NCBI RefSeq assembly: GCF_964355755.1
Contig: NC_092670.1
Span: forward strand, 3,958,201 to 4,022,200
From: Antedon mediterranea
Taxonomy: Eukaryota > Animalia > Echinodermata
Length of the DNA: 64,000 nt
Direction: 5' to 3'
Program-made: the position numbers and the translations under genes
In this document: positions 1 to 11,543 of the stretch, piece by piece
How the letters are laid out: each line of letters starts with the position of its first letter
Position numbering within the stretch: position 1 is the first letter of the stretch
Notes under the pieces: model-generated
The model's input: the letters and a program-made list of their open reading frames with translations, nothing else
The model's database searches: none
What the model was told of the DNA's origin: nothing

Positions 1-479
1 ATACGGTAGGCCTACGTACACGTACCAATTTAACTCAGCACCATTTTTATTCAAGTTTACACAGTGAAATTCTTTGGTTTAATGAAAAATATTTCCAGGA
101 AAAAAATTAAAATCCCCAAAAAGATTGAACTGAACTGAACGTGATCTTGTGCGTTCCGAAAAGCCCGGCCGAAGCACGCGATTGGTCAGTCCATTTTTCT
201 GTCATATTTATAACCATCATCTCTCAACAATCTCTCGATCTCACGCTCAGCAGTGACTTTGACATCGGACAATCTGTATATTCGATCGATTTAAACATAG
301 TCAATTTATAGAAGTAAAATGACCAAAAAATCTGCTATAATTGATAATTAATTGCACGATTTTGGAAGTGGGGCCTTTGTTTTTCAAGGGGGGTTCGCTG
401 GTAAAAGGGGGGGTTCGCGCAAAAGAGGGGGGGGGGGGGTTCGCCCGAACCCCAAAAAACCCCCCTGGCTAGGGGCCTG
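1..479. mobile_element. Right end of a hAT-like non-autonomous DNA transposon inserted into TRIM copy T0
   Basis: Ends CCCCCCTGGCTAGGGGCCTG at 479, nearly identical to the right end of the 9625-10686 element, with the same GGGGGTTCG subterminal repeats. TRIM coding sequence (cactaccagaagg, cf. 56881) resumes at 480. The left end is outside the window. Confidence 0.7.
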
Positions 480-1106
480 CACTACCAGAAGGTGTGACAG
501 TTTACAGAATGTACAAAATGAAGAATAATCATATAGCATTCAGTGATGTAAACTGCATTCAAGTATGTGATATGAATGGCCATGTAATCAAATCAATTGG
601 TAAAGGTGTACTGAAAGATCCACGTGGTTACATAGATGAGGCAACAGATGTTATTTATGTAGCAGAATGGAACACTGAATGTGTGTTCATGTTTGACAAC
701 AGTAGTGGTAAAGAACTTTTGCAGATAGGAGCAAAGAAAAAAGTAGAATATGGATACTATGACACTTACACAAACTGGGAAAGTGCTTGTAGCAGATTTG
801 GAGAATGATCAAATTGTAATATATGATAATAAAGACAAGTCATTTAAAGTACTTATCAATAAAGGTGATGGAGATGGTATGGTGATGTGTCCAAAAGGAG
901 TTGTAGTTGATGAGGATGATAACATCATTGTATCAAGTAAACACAAACTACAACTATTTAGCAGTGATGGAAATGTTATCAAAAGAATAGATCAGGAAGA
1001 AGATGGACTTAACCATCCAAGTTAGTTATGCATCATTTCATATCACCCACGTAGAATTGCTGTAGCTAATTACACTGGCAGCAACACCAAAATATTTAAT
1101 TATTAA
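480..1106 (+). pseudogene. TRIM-NHL paralog T0, 3' (NHL) part, disrupted
   Basis: ORFs 494-808 and 750-1025 are nearly identical to the T5 NHL region. Lesions: 5-nt deletion near 763 (ctatgacactt vs ctatgatgtaacactt), premature TAG at 1023-1025, and a transposon at the 5' side. The ancestral ...KIFNY TAA ends at 1106. Confidence 0.9.
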
Positions 1107-1640
1107 AGTTTTCCTCAAATAAACAACTGTTGTACAAAGTCAGTCATTGATTGAAAATAAAATATTAATACTTATAAAAGTAATAATAATAACAAATAAA
1201 TAATTATAAAAATAATAATTACAAAGTAAATTGAGTTAATTCAGTGGTGAAATTATAGAGATATTATAGTTCACAATAATATATCTATGAAATATAATAT
1301 CATGCTAACATTATATAAACTATTTTTCATAAATCATTGTAGTATTTTACCTTTAGGATTTAGACATACAATGATATTTACAATGAAATTTGTATTTAGA
1401 ATTTAATTGAATTATGTAACTTTAAAGGTAATGACATACAGATGCCCAGCAATAATGAATGGTACATGAGAACAAGTTGTCATTTTAGATACAACCTTTA
1501 AGACTGTCTTTTTTTTTAATGTAAAAACTTAATAACATTAGTTTCTAATTATTTTCATCATCTGTGTATTTTGAGCCATTGTTCCACATGCACCTTAGCC
1601 ACAACCAACACCGCATTTCCTTCAGCTAATGTATCTACAA

Positions 1641-4559
1641 CAGTGGGAAAGCCACTTCGCGTTTTGACCGTTAAATCGTGTAAAATCGACTTACTTCCGC
1701 ATTGACGATTTTGAAGCGCCACCTATCGTTGAAAACTGAAACCACGATTTTTCGTCGCCTAGCAAATAAGTGCTGTTTTATTTTAAGCTCTCATGAATAT
1801 TTAAGAACCGCCCAACATTACCTATTATGGTAAAATCATTTCCTAATAAGTATAATTGAATAACCAATCGGTTTCCTTCAAAGAAACCGAAGCTAATACA
1901 ATACATTCGGCGACTGAAGTCGGGACTCGTGAAATTTATAAATGTGGTACGATTTGACTACTGTTTTGTTGTCCATTTTCTGAATAGTCGGAGGTGCATC
2001 CCAACAAATTAAAAAGATTATAATCAATTGTTTTATCAAGAATAATATTAGTTTAATCGAGTATGATATATTTCTATCCTGTTCAAAATTTGTTGGTGTA
2101 TTCTCAGGCCTCGAAAGGTAGGTACATTTTCTAGCTGTGAGCGTGGTTTCGGCAACGCGAGACGTGTGTCAGTATAGGCGATAGCGAGACGTGTGTTGTA
2201 CTGTGTTGATGCTGATCCGATAGTCGTTAAGTTGGATTAGGCCAAGTTGAGCCGCCGACAAGTTGAGCCGCCGCCAGAAAAACGTTATTTTCTATGAAAC
2301 GCCAAATGCTTACTTTCGCCGGTGCTCGTTTCTATTTAATAGAAGTTCTATTTATATTAATTATTAGATATAATAACGATGTATATTCCAAAGTTTATAT
2401 ATCACGGTTTTTAGTATATATTATTAAATATTATAATTAAAGAGAAATAATTATGAATATCTGACTTGTTTGTAGATTCCAAAATATAAGGCCTAAAACA
2501 TGACCGAAAGTGATCGTTTTTAGCCAAAAATGACGTAAACATGTTTCCCCCTTAGGCGGCAGTTGTATGAACTAGGCCTACTCCATTTTTCGGTAAAATA
2601 ATTGCATAAAATCACCGTTTTTTAGTAAAATATTCTGTGTATTAACATTGTAAAATTCAATCAAATATGATATTAAAAGATAGTAGATAAAAAATAATAA
2701 TTATTTAACCTCATTCGAAGAGTATCAATACTCTATTACTTATTAGTCCTGAGAGACAACGTGATTTTACGCGAGAAAAATATTATGGAGTGCACTGCAT
2801 TTTTACCTTGAAAGATTAAAAACAATTAAATTATTAAATATGACTACTTTCCTTTGCTGTGTTGTTATGGCGGTTCAAACCAACAAAATTGTAGTATGTA
2901 ATTATTATTTATTTTCATGACACAATAAACCTAAAGACCATGAACTTATGTACTAGGAAACCCCTCTATCACTACGCGAAATGTCGTAAAAGACGCACTG
3001 GGCGTTTCATAGAAATTACCGGCGGCTCAACTTGTCGGCGGCCCAACCGGTCATACTGATTACGAGTATCATTGGTCCTGGCCGGCCTAGCCTGGTGATC
3101 TGATCCCCCCCAAAAAATACTTTTTTTCAATCAGTATTAATATTATTATTTAATTTTTCATTTATTATTTGATTTATTAGCCTCAATAGATGCCTAGCTA
3201 GGTTACTAGTAGGCCTAGATTATATAAATAATAATAGCAAATACTGTAATAATTAATTAATAAAATACAGCTTACATTTGACATTAACATTTTTTTTTAA
3301 ATAATATTTATTTTCAGGAATCGTTGATGATGCAGAGTTTTTTGTCTTTGTGACTTCAAACTGAGAGTGAAGTGGATAAAAAGATGACACCGGTACCTAC
3401 CGACATTGTCATACCCAAACTATAATTTAATTATTTAAAACAAAATGTTGAATTACAAATATATGTATGTTGCAGAGGATTTAGATGAATTACAATACAA
3501 ATATTTATGTTGAATGCAAACCTACTACACTATACTCTGTAAATTATGTTATTGTCATGTGGTAGACCTTAAAAATTGAATATTTATTGTATGTTAGGCC
3601 TATTTTATATTTTATTAATACTGTATTTTAATATTACTATTAATTTATATTATACAGTACTAGTTTGTACATGTTTTTACCCAAAAAAAATGAATAAATA
3701 ATTTGTTATTCAATCTAATTGCTTGTTTGTTCATCAATAACAAAACAATTGTAAGCAAGTATATAACAGTTCTTGTTAGCCGCTTATTTCAGGTCATATT
3801 ATTAATATTAATATTAGCTAGGCCCGACGCGCTCGATCACAACGTCACTAAGTGACTTTCCGCCCCTGGAACAATCGCTCGCTAATAGGGCTAGGCCTCG
3901 GACTCGTATAAAAGCTATTATAATAGTTATGATAAATATTCCTCAACTAAAATGTATACTGTGATAAATAAACAAGTAATAATATACGTTGTATTGGAAT
4001 GTATTTATTTATATGAATTCTTATACGCGGACAATTATAAACATCGCGTATATCGTTCGCTATAAATAAATTCATAAACACGATGACGATGTGTTTACAA
4101 AATGGCGGTTTCGCTAGTTTTCGAAGGAACAAATAGTGGTACCTTTAGTTTGAATAGTCGGAGCTGCATCCCAACCACCGAATTTTGTATCTTAATATCG
4201 TATTCTGTAGATTATTAATTTTTCTAACAGGGATTTTAAATTCAGGACTGTTCAATTTTTCTAAATATTTTATTTTAACGATTTTCTAGGGTACAATTTC
4301 GGAAAAAAGACATTGGTTGATTTTGCCGTTAAATTACAGATTATCGTTTTGTTCAAATACATTTAATTTTACATGACAATATATTAAAACCATTTATGAA
4401 TTTATTTCACTAACAATATTTTTCCGATAATCAGCTAAATTTACAAATATTGTGTTTTTCCAACACCCTAAAATTTAGCAATTTTGAACTAAATTAGAAA
4501 AGTAGGGCGCCCTCTCCGAGTCGAAATTTGACACGATTTGTCGACTGGCTGTCCCACTG
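1641..4559. mobile_element. Non-autonomous TIR DNA transposon (CAGTGGGA...TCCCACTG), 5-bp TSD TACAA
   Basis: TIR CAGTGGGAAAGCCA / TGGCTGTCCCACTG. TACAA lies at 1636-1640 and 4560-4564. The paralogous empty site is at about 60605-60620 (tatctacaagatct). No transposase ORF; superfamily uncertain. Confidence 0.85.
2240..3052. mobile_element. Nested MITE-like element with long imperfect TIRs
   Basis: gccgccgacaagttgagccgccg...tttctatgaaacgcc (about 2250-2303) is inverted at about 3000-3042 (ggcgtttcatagaaa...cggcggctcaacttgtcggcggc). TSD not resolved. Confidence 0.6.
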
Positions 4560-4630
4560 TACAAGATCTATTTTCAATGCTTCATCTGATGAGTGTAACT
4601 TGCCTAGAGTAAACAATACTTAGTTTAAAC

Positions 4631-5347
4631 AAAGCCATATAGATGGATGCAGTCGCGTGCTCATTAGTGTTTACCGACCGACCGACCAACCTACCAACTG
4701 ACCGAAATTACTGAACATGTTTAAAAATGTTGAAATGTTTAAAAACATTTATATTTTTTTAATTTACACGTGCGTAGCCTGTCACTTTTGACGTGCTCGT
4801 ATAACGTAATTTCGAGTTGAAAAGTAAGTCAAGAAAACAGAAATCGGGCAAAAAGAGTGCGCAACAACATTTAACGCGCAGTGCGCGCGCAAACATCTTC
4901 GCACTCATGGCAATTTTCTAAACGCTTAAAATTGCCTGAAACGTACTCTTATTTCATCGAAAATAAATTTTGAAATTTTAAGCGCGCATACGCATGCGTT
5001 ACATACGCTACGCACGTAATTGTATTGCCATATGATGATTTATGCCCTGAAATGTATGAGTACCAAATTTTATTTAATTGAGATTCATGGTTGTGAAGAT
5101 ATGATTACAAACGTGAATTTGTTAAATCGTGCGTAGACCGCGTAATTTTTTATTGCGCACCGTGAAAACATAACCACATCGATTCCTGGCCATAAGGAAT
5201 ATACTGTGAAAAATTGACTTAGCTAGATTAAACTGATATCAAGATAAGGTCAGAAAGCGATAAAACGCATAGTGATACCGGACCGACAGACAGACCGACA
5301 GACAGACCGACCGACCGACCGACCGACATAGTGAACTATAGACTATA
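4631..5347. mobile_element. Helentron/HINE-like non-autonomous element with (GACC/GACA)n microsatellite (second copy about 60681-61400)
   Basis: Absent from the paralogous unit near 46680. Carries a gaccgacagacagaccgacc tract followed by acatagtgaactatag, and the same terminal motif recurs at 24146-24210. Family assignment is inference. Confidence 0.45.
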
Positions 5348-5575
5348 AATGTATCAATAACAATTTAAAAGAAAACAATTCTATTATATAATTTGGTGTA
5401 GGAAATACAGAAACATTTTAATATTTTTGGGCAGATTGATAGTGCTAAGACAGAGCTGTAACTGCGGCCTCACTGGCCACTTATTTGAGTTGAGATAATA
5501 CGCAAGAAAGAACACGGAAGGCTTGTATCATGCAACAATCGATATATTTTAACTAAGACCTCCAGTCTATACGCT

Positions 5576-5646
5576 TGCATCATCTCAACTAGCCACACTA
5601 GCAGTGTGATAATCACACTGCTAGTGTGGCTAGTTGAGATGATGCA
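5576..5646. repeat. Perfect 71-bp palindrome (35-bp arms, 1-nt spacer)
   Basis: tgcatcatctcaactagccacactagcagtgtgat-a-atcacactgctagtgtggctagttgagatgatgca. The paralog at about 61673-61703 has only one arm. Confidence 0.95.
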
Positions 5647-6937
5647 GTGATTTCTATTATACGTCGCCTGGTCTGGCATTTATGCAAATCAACCCAGATA
5701 CAACAATTACCTGATTACCTAATTGTTTCCTAGTTTACGCATACTGCCGTTAATACAAGAGTTTTAGATATTAACTAAACAAATCAGCTTCGGCTGGATG
5801 GACCACCGTCGTAAAATATTGTTGAAATAAAATTAAATAAAACTTTTAAATAAATGTGAAAAAAGCAAAGATGTTTTTTTTTTTGTCTTGTGTGAGTTCA
5901 TCTCACGTTTATTTAAATTCTCATTTGTGAATATATTATATACATATAAGTACAATTGTGACCATTAAAAGTAAGTTTTTAAAGTAGTTAAAATACTGGT
6001 ATATTTACATAATAAGATGCTTGAATTCAGTATTAACCATATTTGTTTTCATTTAAAATTTTAGATACGATGGTAATTAAAATGTAAAGATGAAAAATGG
6101 CAGTAAAATTCATGATTAAAATTTTCTTGTTAAACTATCTTATTTGTAGAGTAGAGAAACTATAAACTCAGGGGAGGAAAATGTAGTATCCTCCCTTTTC
6201 ACCAAGATAAAAAGGATGAAATGAAAAAAGAGGAATGCAAAAGTTTTAAAGTTAGATATATAGAATGATAGCATGCAATGATATATTTAATGAAAACCGT
6301 AAGGTTAGAGTCCATACACTGTGCAAGTCCAAGATGCGATTTTGGCTTTTTGCGTATGTGAGACGCTTCATACCCGCAAAGATGTTAGTTGAAATTCCAT
6401 ATTATATAGAGGAAGCACTTTTTATACACAAGGCAGAGCCATATATATAAAGAGTTACGACATTGGATTATAGTCACGTGATATACAGATCAATTTGTGT
6501 CAAACTTGTCTCCATTAATGCATGTAAAGTATAGGAGCAACAAAATACTTTCAACTTTTTCTTATATTTAAAAAAATGTAATTGCACATTTTACGGTAAA
6601 ATATCGACGTGCACAGCGTACAGAAGTACTTGCGCCAAAGAATATTGCGCGCGCGTGCGCTAGTACATTATAACGTTCTATTGATTGATTTTGGGGTCTG
6701 TTTCTGCTGCATAACGCAATTTAAACCGGTTATTTTAAAATAGATTAAAAATAGATAGCAATAACAAGACCGCGTTTCTGCTCAATTTGTGCTCCGAAAT
6801 AACCGGTTAAATCTATGGGTGGTCGTCGAGCAAAACGTCATCATTACCCAAAATGCAATACACTCAGACAGAAGTAGTAAGTTAGCTGTTTGTTTACATC
6901 GACGTCAGTACACGTGTGTGATATCGCCATCTTAAAC

Positions 6938-8627
6938 ATGATAAAACAAAACACGAATCTAATGATCGCAAATTTTGGTGGAATATTGACAGATATAACG
7001 ATACAGATAAATTGATTAAAGAGATCATTAAAGATAAACAGATACCGATAAGTGGATCGCCAAAACGATTCATAAAACGTTTGTATAATGCAACGAATTA
7101 CTGATTTAATTTTTTTTTTGCAAGATTATTTTTAAATTACGACATTTGCTAAATTAATGATAGCATAGTCTACGTATTTGATGAGATTTGTTTAGTAATG
7201 ATGTGATTTCAGTTAAAAGAGAATTGAAATTATGATTAAGTATTGATTTTGTAACGAGTTTGATAATGATTAATTTTGAATTTTGAATGATCGATATATT
7301 GAGATATTAAAAGGAACGACAATCATTTTGTAACAAATATTTTGTTTAACCTTTGAGTCGTTAATCTCAAGCATTAATTAATTGATATACAATAACAGGA
7401 GATTTTCTTAGTACTTTTAATTGTAATTTTTTTTGACATTGAGTACAAAAGTCGAATTTGCCGACCGATTGAAATCGTAATTACCTGTAAATATAAATGC
7501 TTAAATCGATAAAGTTGTGACGATAACGATATATTGTGGATAAGTTTGTGTCAACGGGACACACACATTTGTTTCTTTTAAAGTTTTAAGTGATTAAGTT
7601 TGATATTTGATTTTAGGCTAATCAGCCACAGTTTCTTGAGTTTTATGTTTTGATTTGATGATTTATGTTTGAAGACCATTAGAACGCGATGAGTCGTCGC
7701 ACCATTTGATTGACGTATGTTCAATGTAACATACTATTTTTAAGTTTTGTATTTTTATTTTAACTGATTTATGTTTGACTTACGCGAATTTTATACCAAA
7801 TTCATTTTTAATTTCATTTTTTTAAAGAGAGAGAAGAGAGAGAGTGAAAGTGATAAGGTTACACTTCAGAGTTAATGGTTTTGGCTAACTCAATTTTTTC
7901 TTATATGTATAATAATGTTTTTTTTCTTTTATATAACTTTAATTTTGCATGCCACTATTATAACCATTTTTATATGTTAAATAGATTAGAAAAAAAAAAG
8001 GGAAATAGAGGGATGTGATATAAAGATATACTTTTATATTTAAGAAATTGACCTTTGTATCGGAATTCAAATAGGTTCACAAACTTGACCCAGAAAGTCC
8101 AAAGGAGAGTTTGTCCAGATGTTTTAATGACCATTTAGTTTATAATAGAATCCCTAAAGAAAACACTTAGCTTAATTTTGTGACTTTCCCATCGTTAAAC
8201 CAGGAGTGATCGACACTATTTAAGTACAGATTTGACAGTGTCATCCATCACAGAAATACCTTATTATACCGTTAATCACTCCCACTTAAACACCCCTGGA
8301 TCAACTTAGGACCAATCGTTACCCTCACAGATGATGTAATGACATTATGCAAATGAACTGAGCCAATATACTCCCAAGTTTCAGAAGGGCCCAGAGACAC
8401 CTTGCAGCCACCTCACGGAGCACACACCTCACAGCCACTTCTTCAGAAGCAGACCTACACACTTCACACCTCACCGACAGCATCAATCATTGATCCTCCG
8501 TCCTTATCTATACTTATAGTTGTATATTGTACTGAAGTATTATACTGAATAAACAATATATGTATTACGACAGTCAAGCGAGTCAGAGTCTTTCATTAGT
8601 ACCTCAACAACGCAACACTATATTACA
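6938..8627 (+). mobile_element. 5'-truncated copy of the Gypsy family at 35474-46194 (pol end, 3' UTR, PPT, 3' LTR 8014-8627)
   Basis: Reverse-complement match to about 39333-35474, without the TTAA insertion. PPT AAAAAAAAAAGGGAAATAGAGGGA is followed by TGTGATA...ATTACA. Confidence 0.9.
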
Positions 8628-8821
8628 TTAACATAATAAAATGTTGTCTACAAGTTTTGTTTTTTGTAAAGCCTATCTTACCATCGTTAATAAAATTAAT
8701 TCTCATGGCGCCTTCAATAACACGGGGAGGGTCGTGCAGCGCCCGATCGCCTAGGATAATTTTTATCTAGCCTATTATTCCTCAACAAAGGCGATGACAC
8801 ACGGCCCTTCCCAGCGAGCGC

Positions 8822-9445
8822 GGTCCTACAAAAAACCAAACGGAAACAAAAACGAGACTCAGAATGTTGCAATACCTACCAAATGAGAGTAGATAATTGT
8901 TAATTAATTATGAAACCCCAACTTTTATAGCAAAAATCGTCCGAAATGTTAAAAATGACGAGTTTAGCCACAAAAACTTAAATCAAACGAGAGTATCCAA
9001 GTCATAGAATATCGCACGCACATAGTGCCTTTAATAGAATAATGAGTATTAAACATTGTTTCGTATATTTATGTACTAACATAAATAATAACACATTTCT
9101 ATGCTTAATAAAATCATATTTAATATATTATCAAAGGCTCTGATAACCTTTGTTTTCGGTCGATGTGATGTTTTTCTAAAAAAATTGTATGTAAAACGAT
9201 CAAAGTAAGATTGTTCATTGTTCTCCTATGAAAGGCACTGAGGCCGTGCCATAAATACGCTCGTTTGGATTAAGTTTTTGTTGCTAAATTCATCGTTTAT
9301 AACATAAATTGTCGGATGATTTTTGCTATAAAATTTGGGTTTTCATAATTAATTAACCATTATCTACTCTCGTTTGGTAGGTATTTGCAACATTCTGAGT
9401 CCCTTTTTTTCCCGTTTTGGTGTTTATATAGGCCCATCCATACCC
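8822..9445. mobile_element. MITE with long (over 100 bp) imperfect TIRs
   Basis: gactcagaatgttgcaatacctaccaaatgagagtagataa...aattaattatgaaa (about 8856-8915) is inverted at about 9341-9401. Ends are approximate. Confidence 0.7.
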
Positions 9446-9624
9446 TTCGCGAGCGTGTACCTAACGCCTCAAATTGCTTAGCTTGGGTAGTCCCCGGAAC
9501 TCCACCCCAAATTTCTATTTTACTTTCGCAAAAATGCTCTTATTTATTATCTGTGATTCTTTTCTATTGCCTGCCATCCTTCCCCGTACTTTCTCTCCCC
9601 CCACAACTGAATAGCATATCTTGT

Positions 9625-10686
9625 CAGGGCCGTAGCCAAGATCTGTCAAGGGGGGGTTCGGACACTAAATATTTGGGTAAACCCCCCCCCCCTCCCCCTC
9701 CCTGATGCGAAGCGAATTTTGTTAAATGACACCCCTAGATGCCCAGAAAAGACACTCTCGTGCAGCATGCTATATAACCAATGAGCAAAAAGATCGTACT
9801 TTTTTCCTCCTCCGCAAACACGTCGATAATTTAAATGACGATAACTATTTGTTGCCGTATGTTAGATGCGCGTGCTCTGTGCGGAACCGCCGATTGTTTG
9901 ATCATTTACTCCGTATTTTGTTTTGCGTTCAAGTTCAATGCGAACGTATATCTAGGAGCAGCTCCGAAAAAAGCACACTGGGTGAAGGCAAATGCTATTT
10001 GCTAGCTCTATCTATAATATTTATTTACAGCAATTTGTTGAGGAATATAAATATGTAAATAGGTGATATTGATACATTTTAGTACGTATCGGCTGGTGGT
10101 CTAGAAAAAAATAATCGGATGCCATAATGTGAACTACAGTACTTGATACCATAGATATTATTGGAATAGTGTAAACTATTAATATTCACTATAATCCTCT
10201 ATGATACATTATACTTCATAGTCACACATAAATACTGATGTACGTCGGAAGGCTATATACTTTATGCATGCTGCCTGACTGCCAGTGATCTAAACAATTA
10301 TAGGTACGCAGTTGTCTGGCGGTGTCCTTTGTACGAATCGTTCGTACGCCAGCTCGCTATGAGACGCGTCAATATCATGTTACATGCAGGGACCAAACAT
10401 TTATTTTTCAGGTTAAAATCGGCAATTCATTTGCAGCTTTTAGAAATTTACAGACACGTATCACTAGTTGACGCTCATACAGAGAAGAAGGTTCACGAAC
10501 AAGTTTACGAATTTTTCAATTTACAAACAACTTTTTGTACTGTGGGGCACGTATTTGGAGGATTTTTGGAGATGAGGGTGAGGTATTGGGCATGTCGGGG
10601 ATGGGGGTTCGCAGTTGGTTAAGGGGGGTTCGCTGTAAAGGGGGGGTTCGCCCGAACCATAAAAACCCCCCCTGGCTACGGGCCTG
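9625..10686. mobile_element. hAT-like non-autonomous element with 5-bp TSD CTTGT
   Basis: TIR CAGGGCCGTAGCCA / TGGCTACGGGCCTG. CTTGT at 9620-9624 and 10687-10691. Confidence 0.8.
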
Positions 10687-11543
10687 CTTGTGATTTCATT
10701 CATCCACATACATGTTCACTTCTTCGTTCGACTGTCAAAACCACGAGGAAAACACACATCGTATGCGACGGTATCTGACCCGGGGTCACAACTGTCAATC
10801 AAATAACCGTTATTTCGTGTTGCAGCTAACCGGTTACCACAAATTTGTCCTGTTTCTACTGCCAAGAAAATGGAGTTAATTTATTCACACCGATTTTAAT
10901 TTATTCACACCGATTTTAACCGGTTATTTTCTATGCAGCAGAAACAGGCCCTTAGAACAAAACATCCCATAACTACGTCCTATTAATAAAAATTATGTAA
11001 TATTTTCAATTCATAATGCATGCTTTGATGACTAAATATAATAATAATGTGTTGAGGATATATTTGTTAATATACTGAAAAGGGTATGAACAATATTAAA
11101 ATAATAAAGGCAAATTATTACAAATGAAATGATGAACGAGTCTCTGAATGTTAATAACGTTGGCGGCGCAGTTTGTGTAAAAAACACACAGAAAGCCATA
11201 TACTGCATAAAAATAGGGGTGAATTTGTTTGTTTTTTGTATTGTATTGGTTCATTCTTTGATGTATCCTAACTTCCATGTAGGCCCTAGCATTTTTTTGT
11301 TTGTTATTATAACAAATATATATATATATTAACAAATCAATACCATTAATAAAATTATTTACTAATAAAAACGGAATCTAGGCGTTATTTCATTGACAAC
11401 ACAATCTAAAAATAATGCATGAACTAATAAGAAAACGCTATACAAAAGAGACGCGCGCGCCCTCAGCGTGCGAATTCTTTGACACAAAAATGGCTTCTAA
11501 TTTTCAATGTCGTAACTCCTTATATATATGGCTCTGACACAGG

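Larger units (their letters stand above)
6694..10951. mobile_element. PIF/Harbinger-like element nested in E1
   Basis: TIR GGGTCTGTTTCTGCTGCATA / TATGCAGCAGAAACAGGCCC with 3-bp flanks TTG/TTA. The empty site (gattttggaac) is visible in E3 at about 13611-13621. Confidence 0.75.
6434..11536. mobile_element. CAGAG-TIR non-autonomous DNA transposon E1 (P-element-like or hAT), 8-bp TSD ACACAAGG
   Basis: TIR CAGAGCCATATATATAA-GAGTTACGACATTG at both ends. ACACAAGG at 6426-6433 and ACACAGG at 11537-11543. Empty site at about 46863-46871. Confidence 0.85.

Noticed and set aside
4583-4620. CTGATGAG as a second hammerhead core (also at about 60636)
   Set aside because: There is no stem II or properly placed GAAA, the paralog at about 46650 reads CCGATGAG, and the sequence is the antisense of a partner exon.
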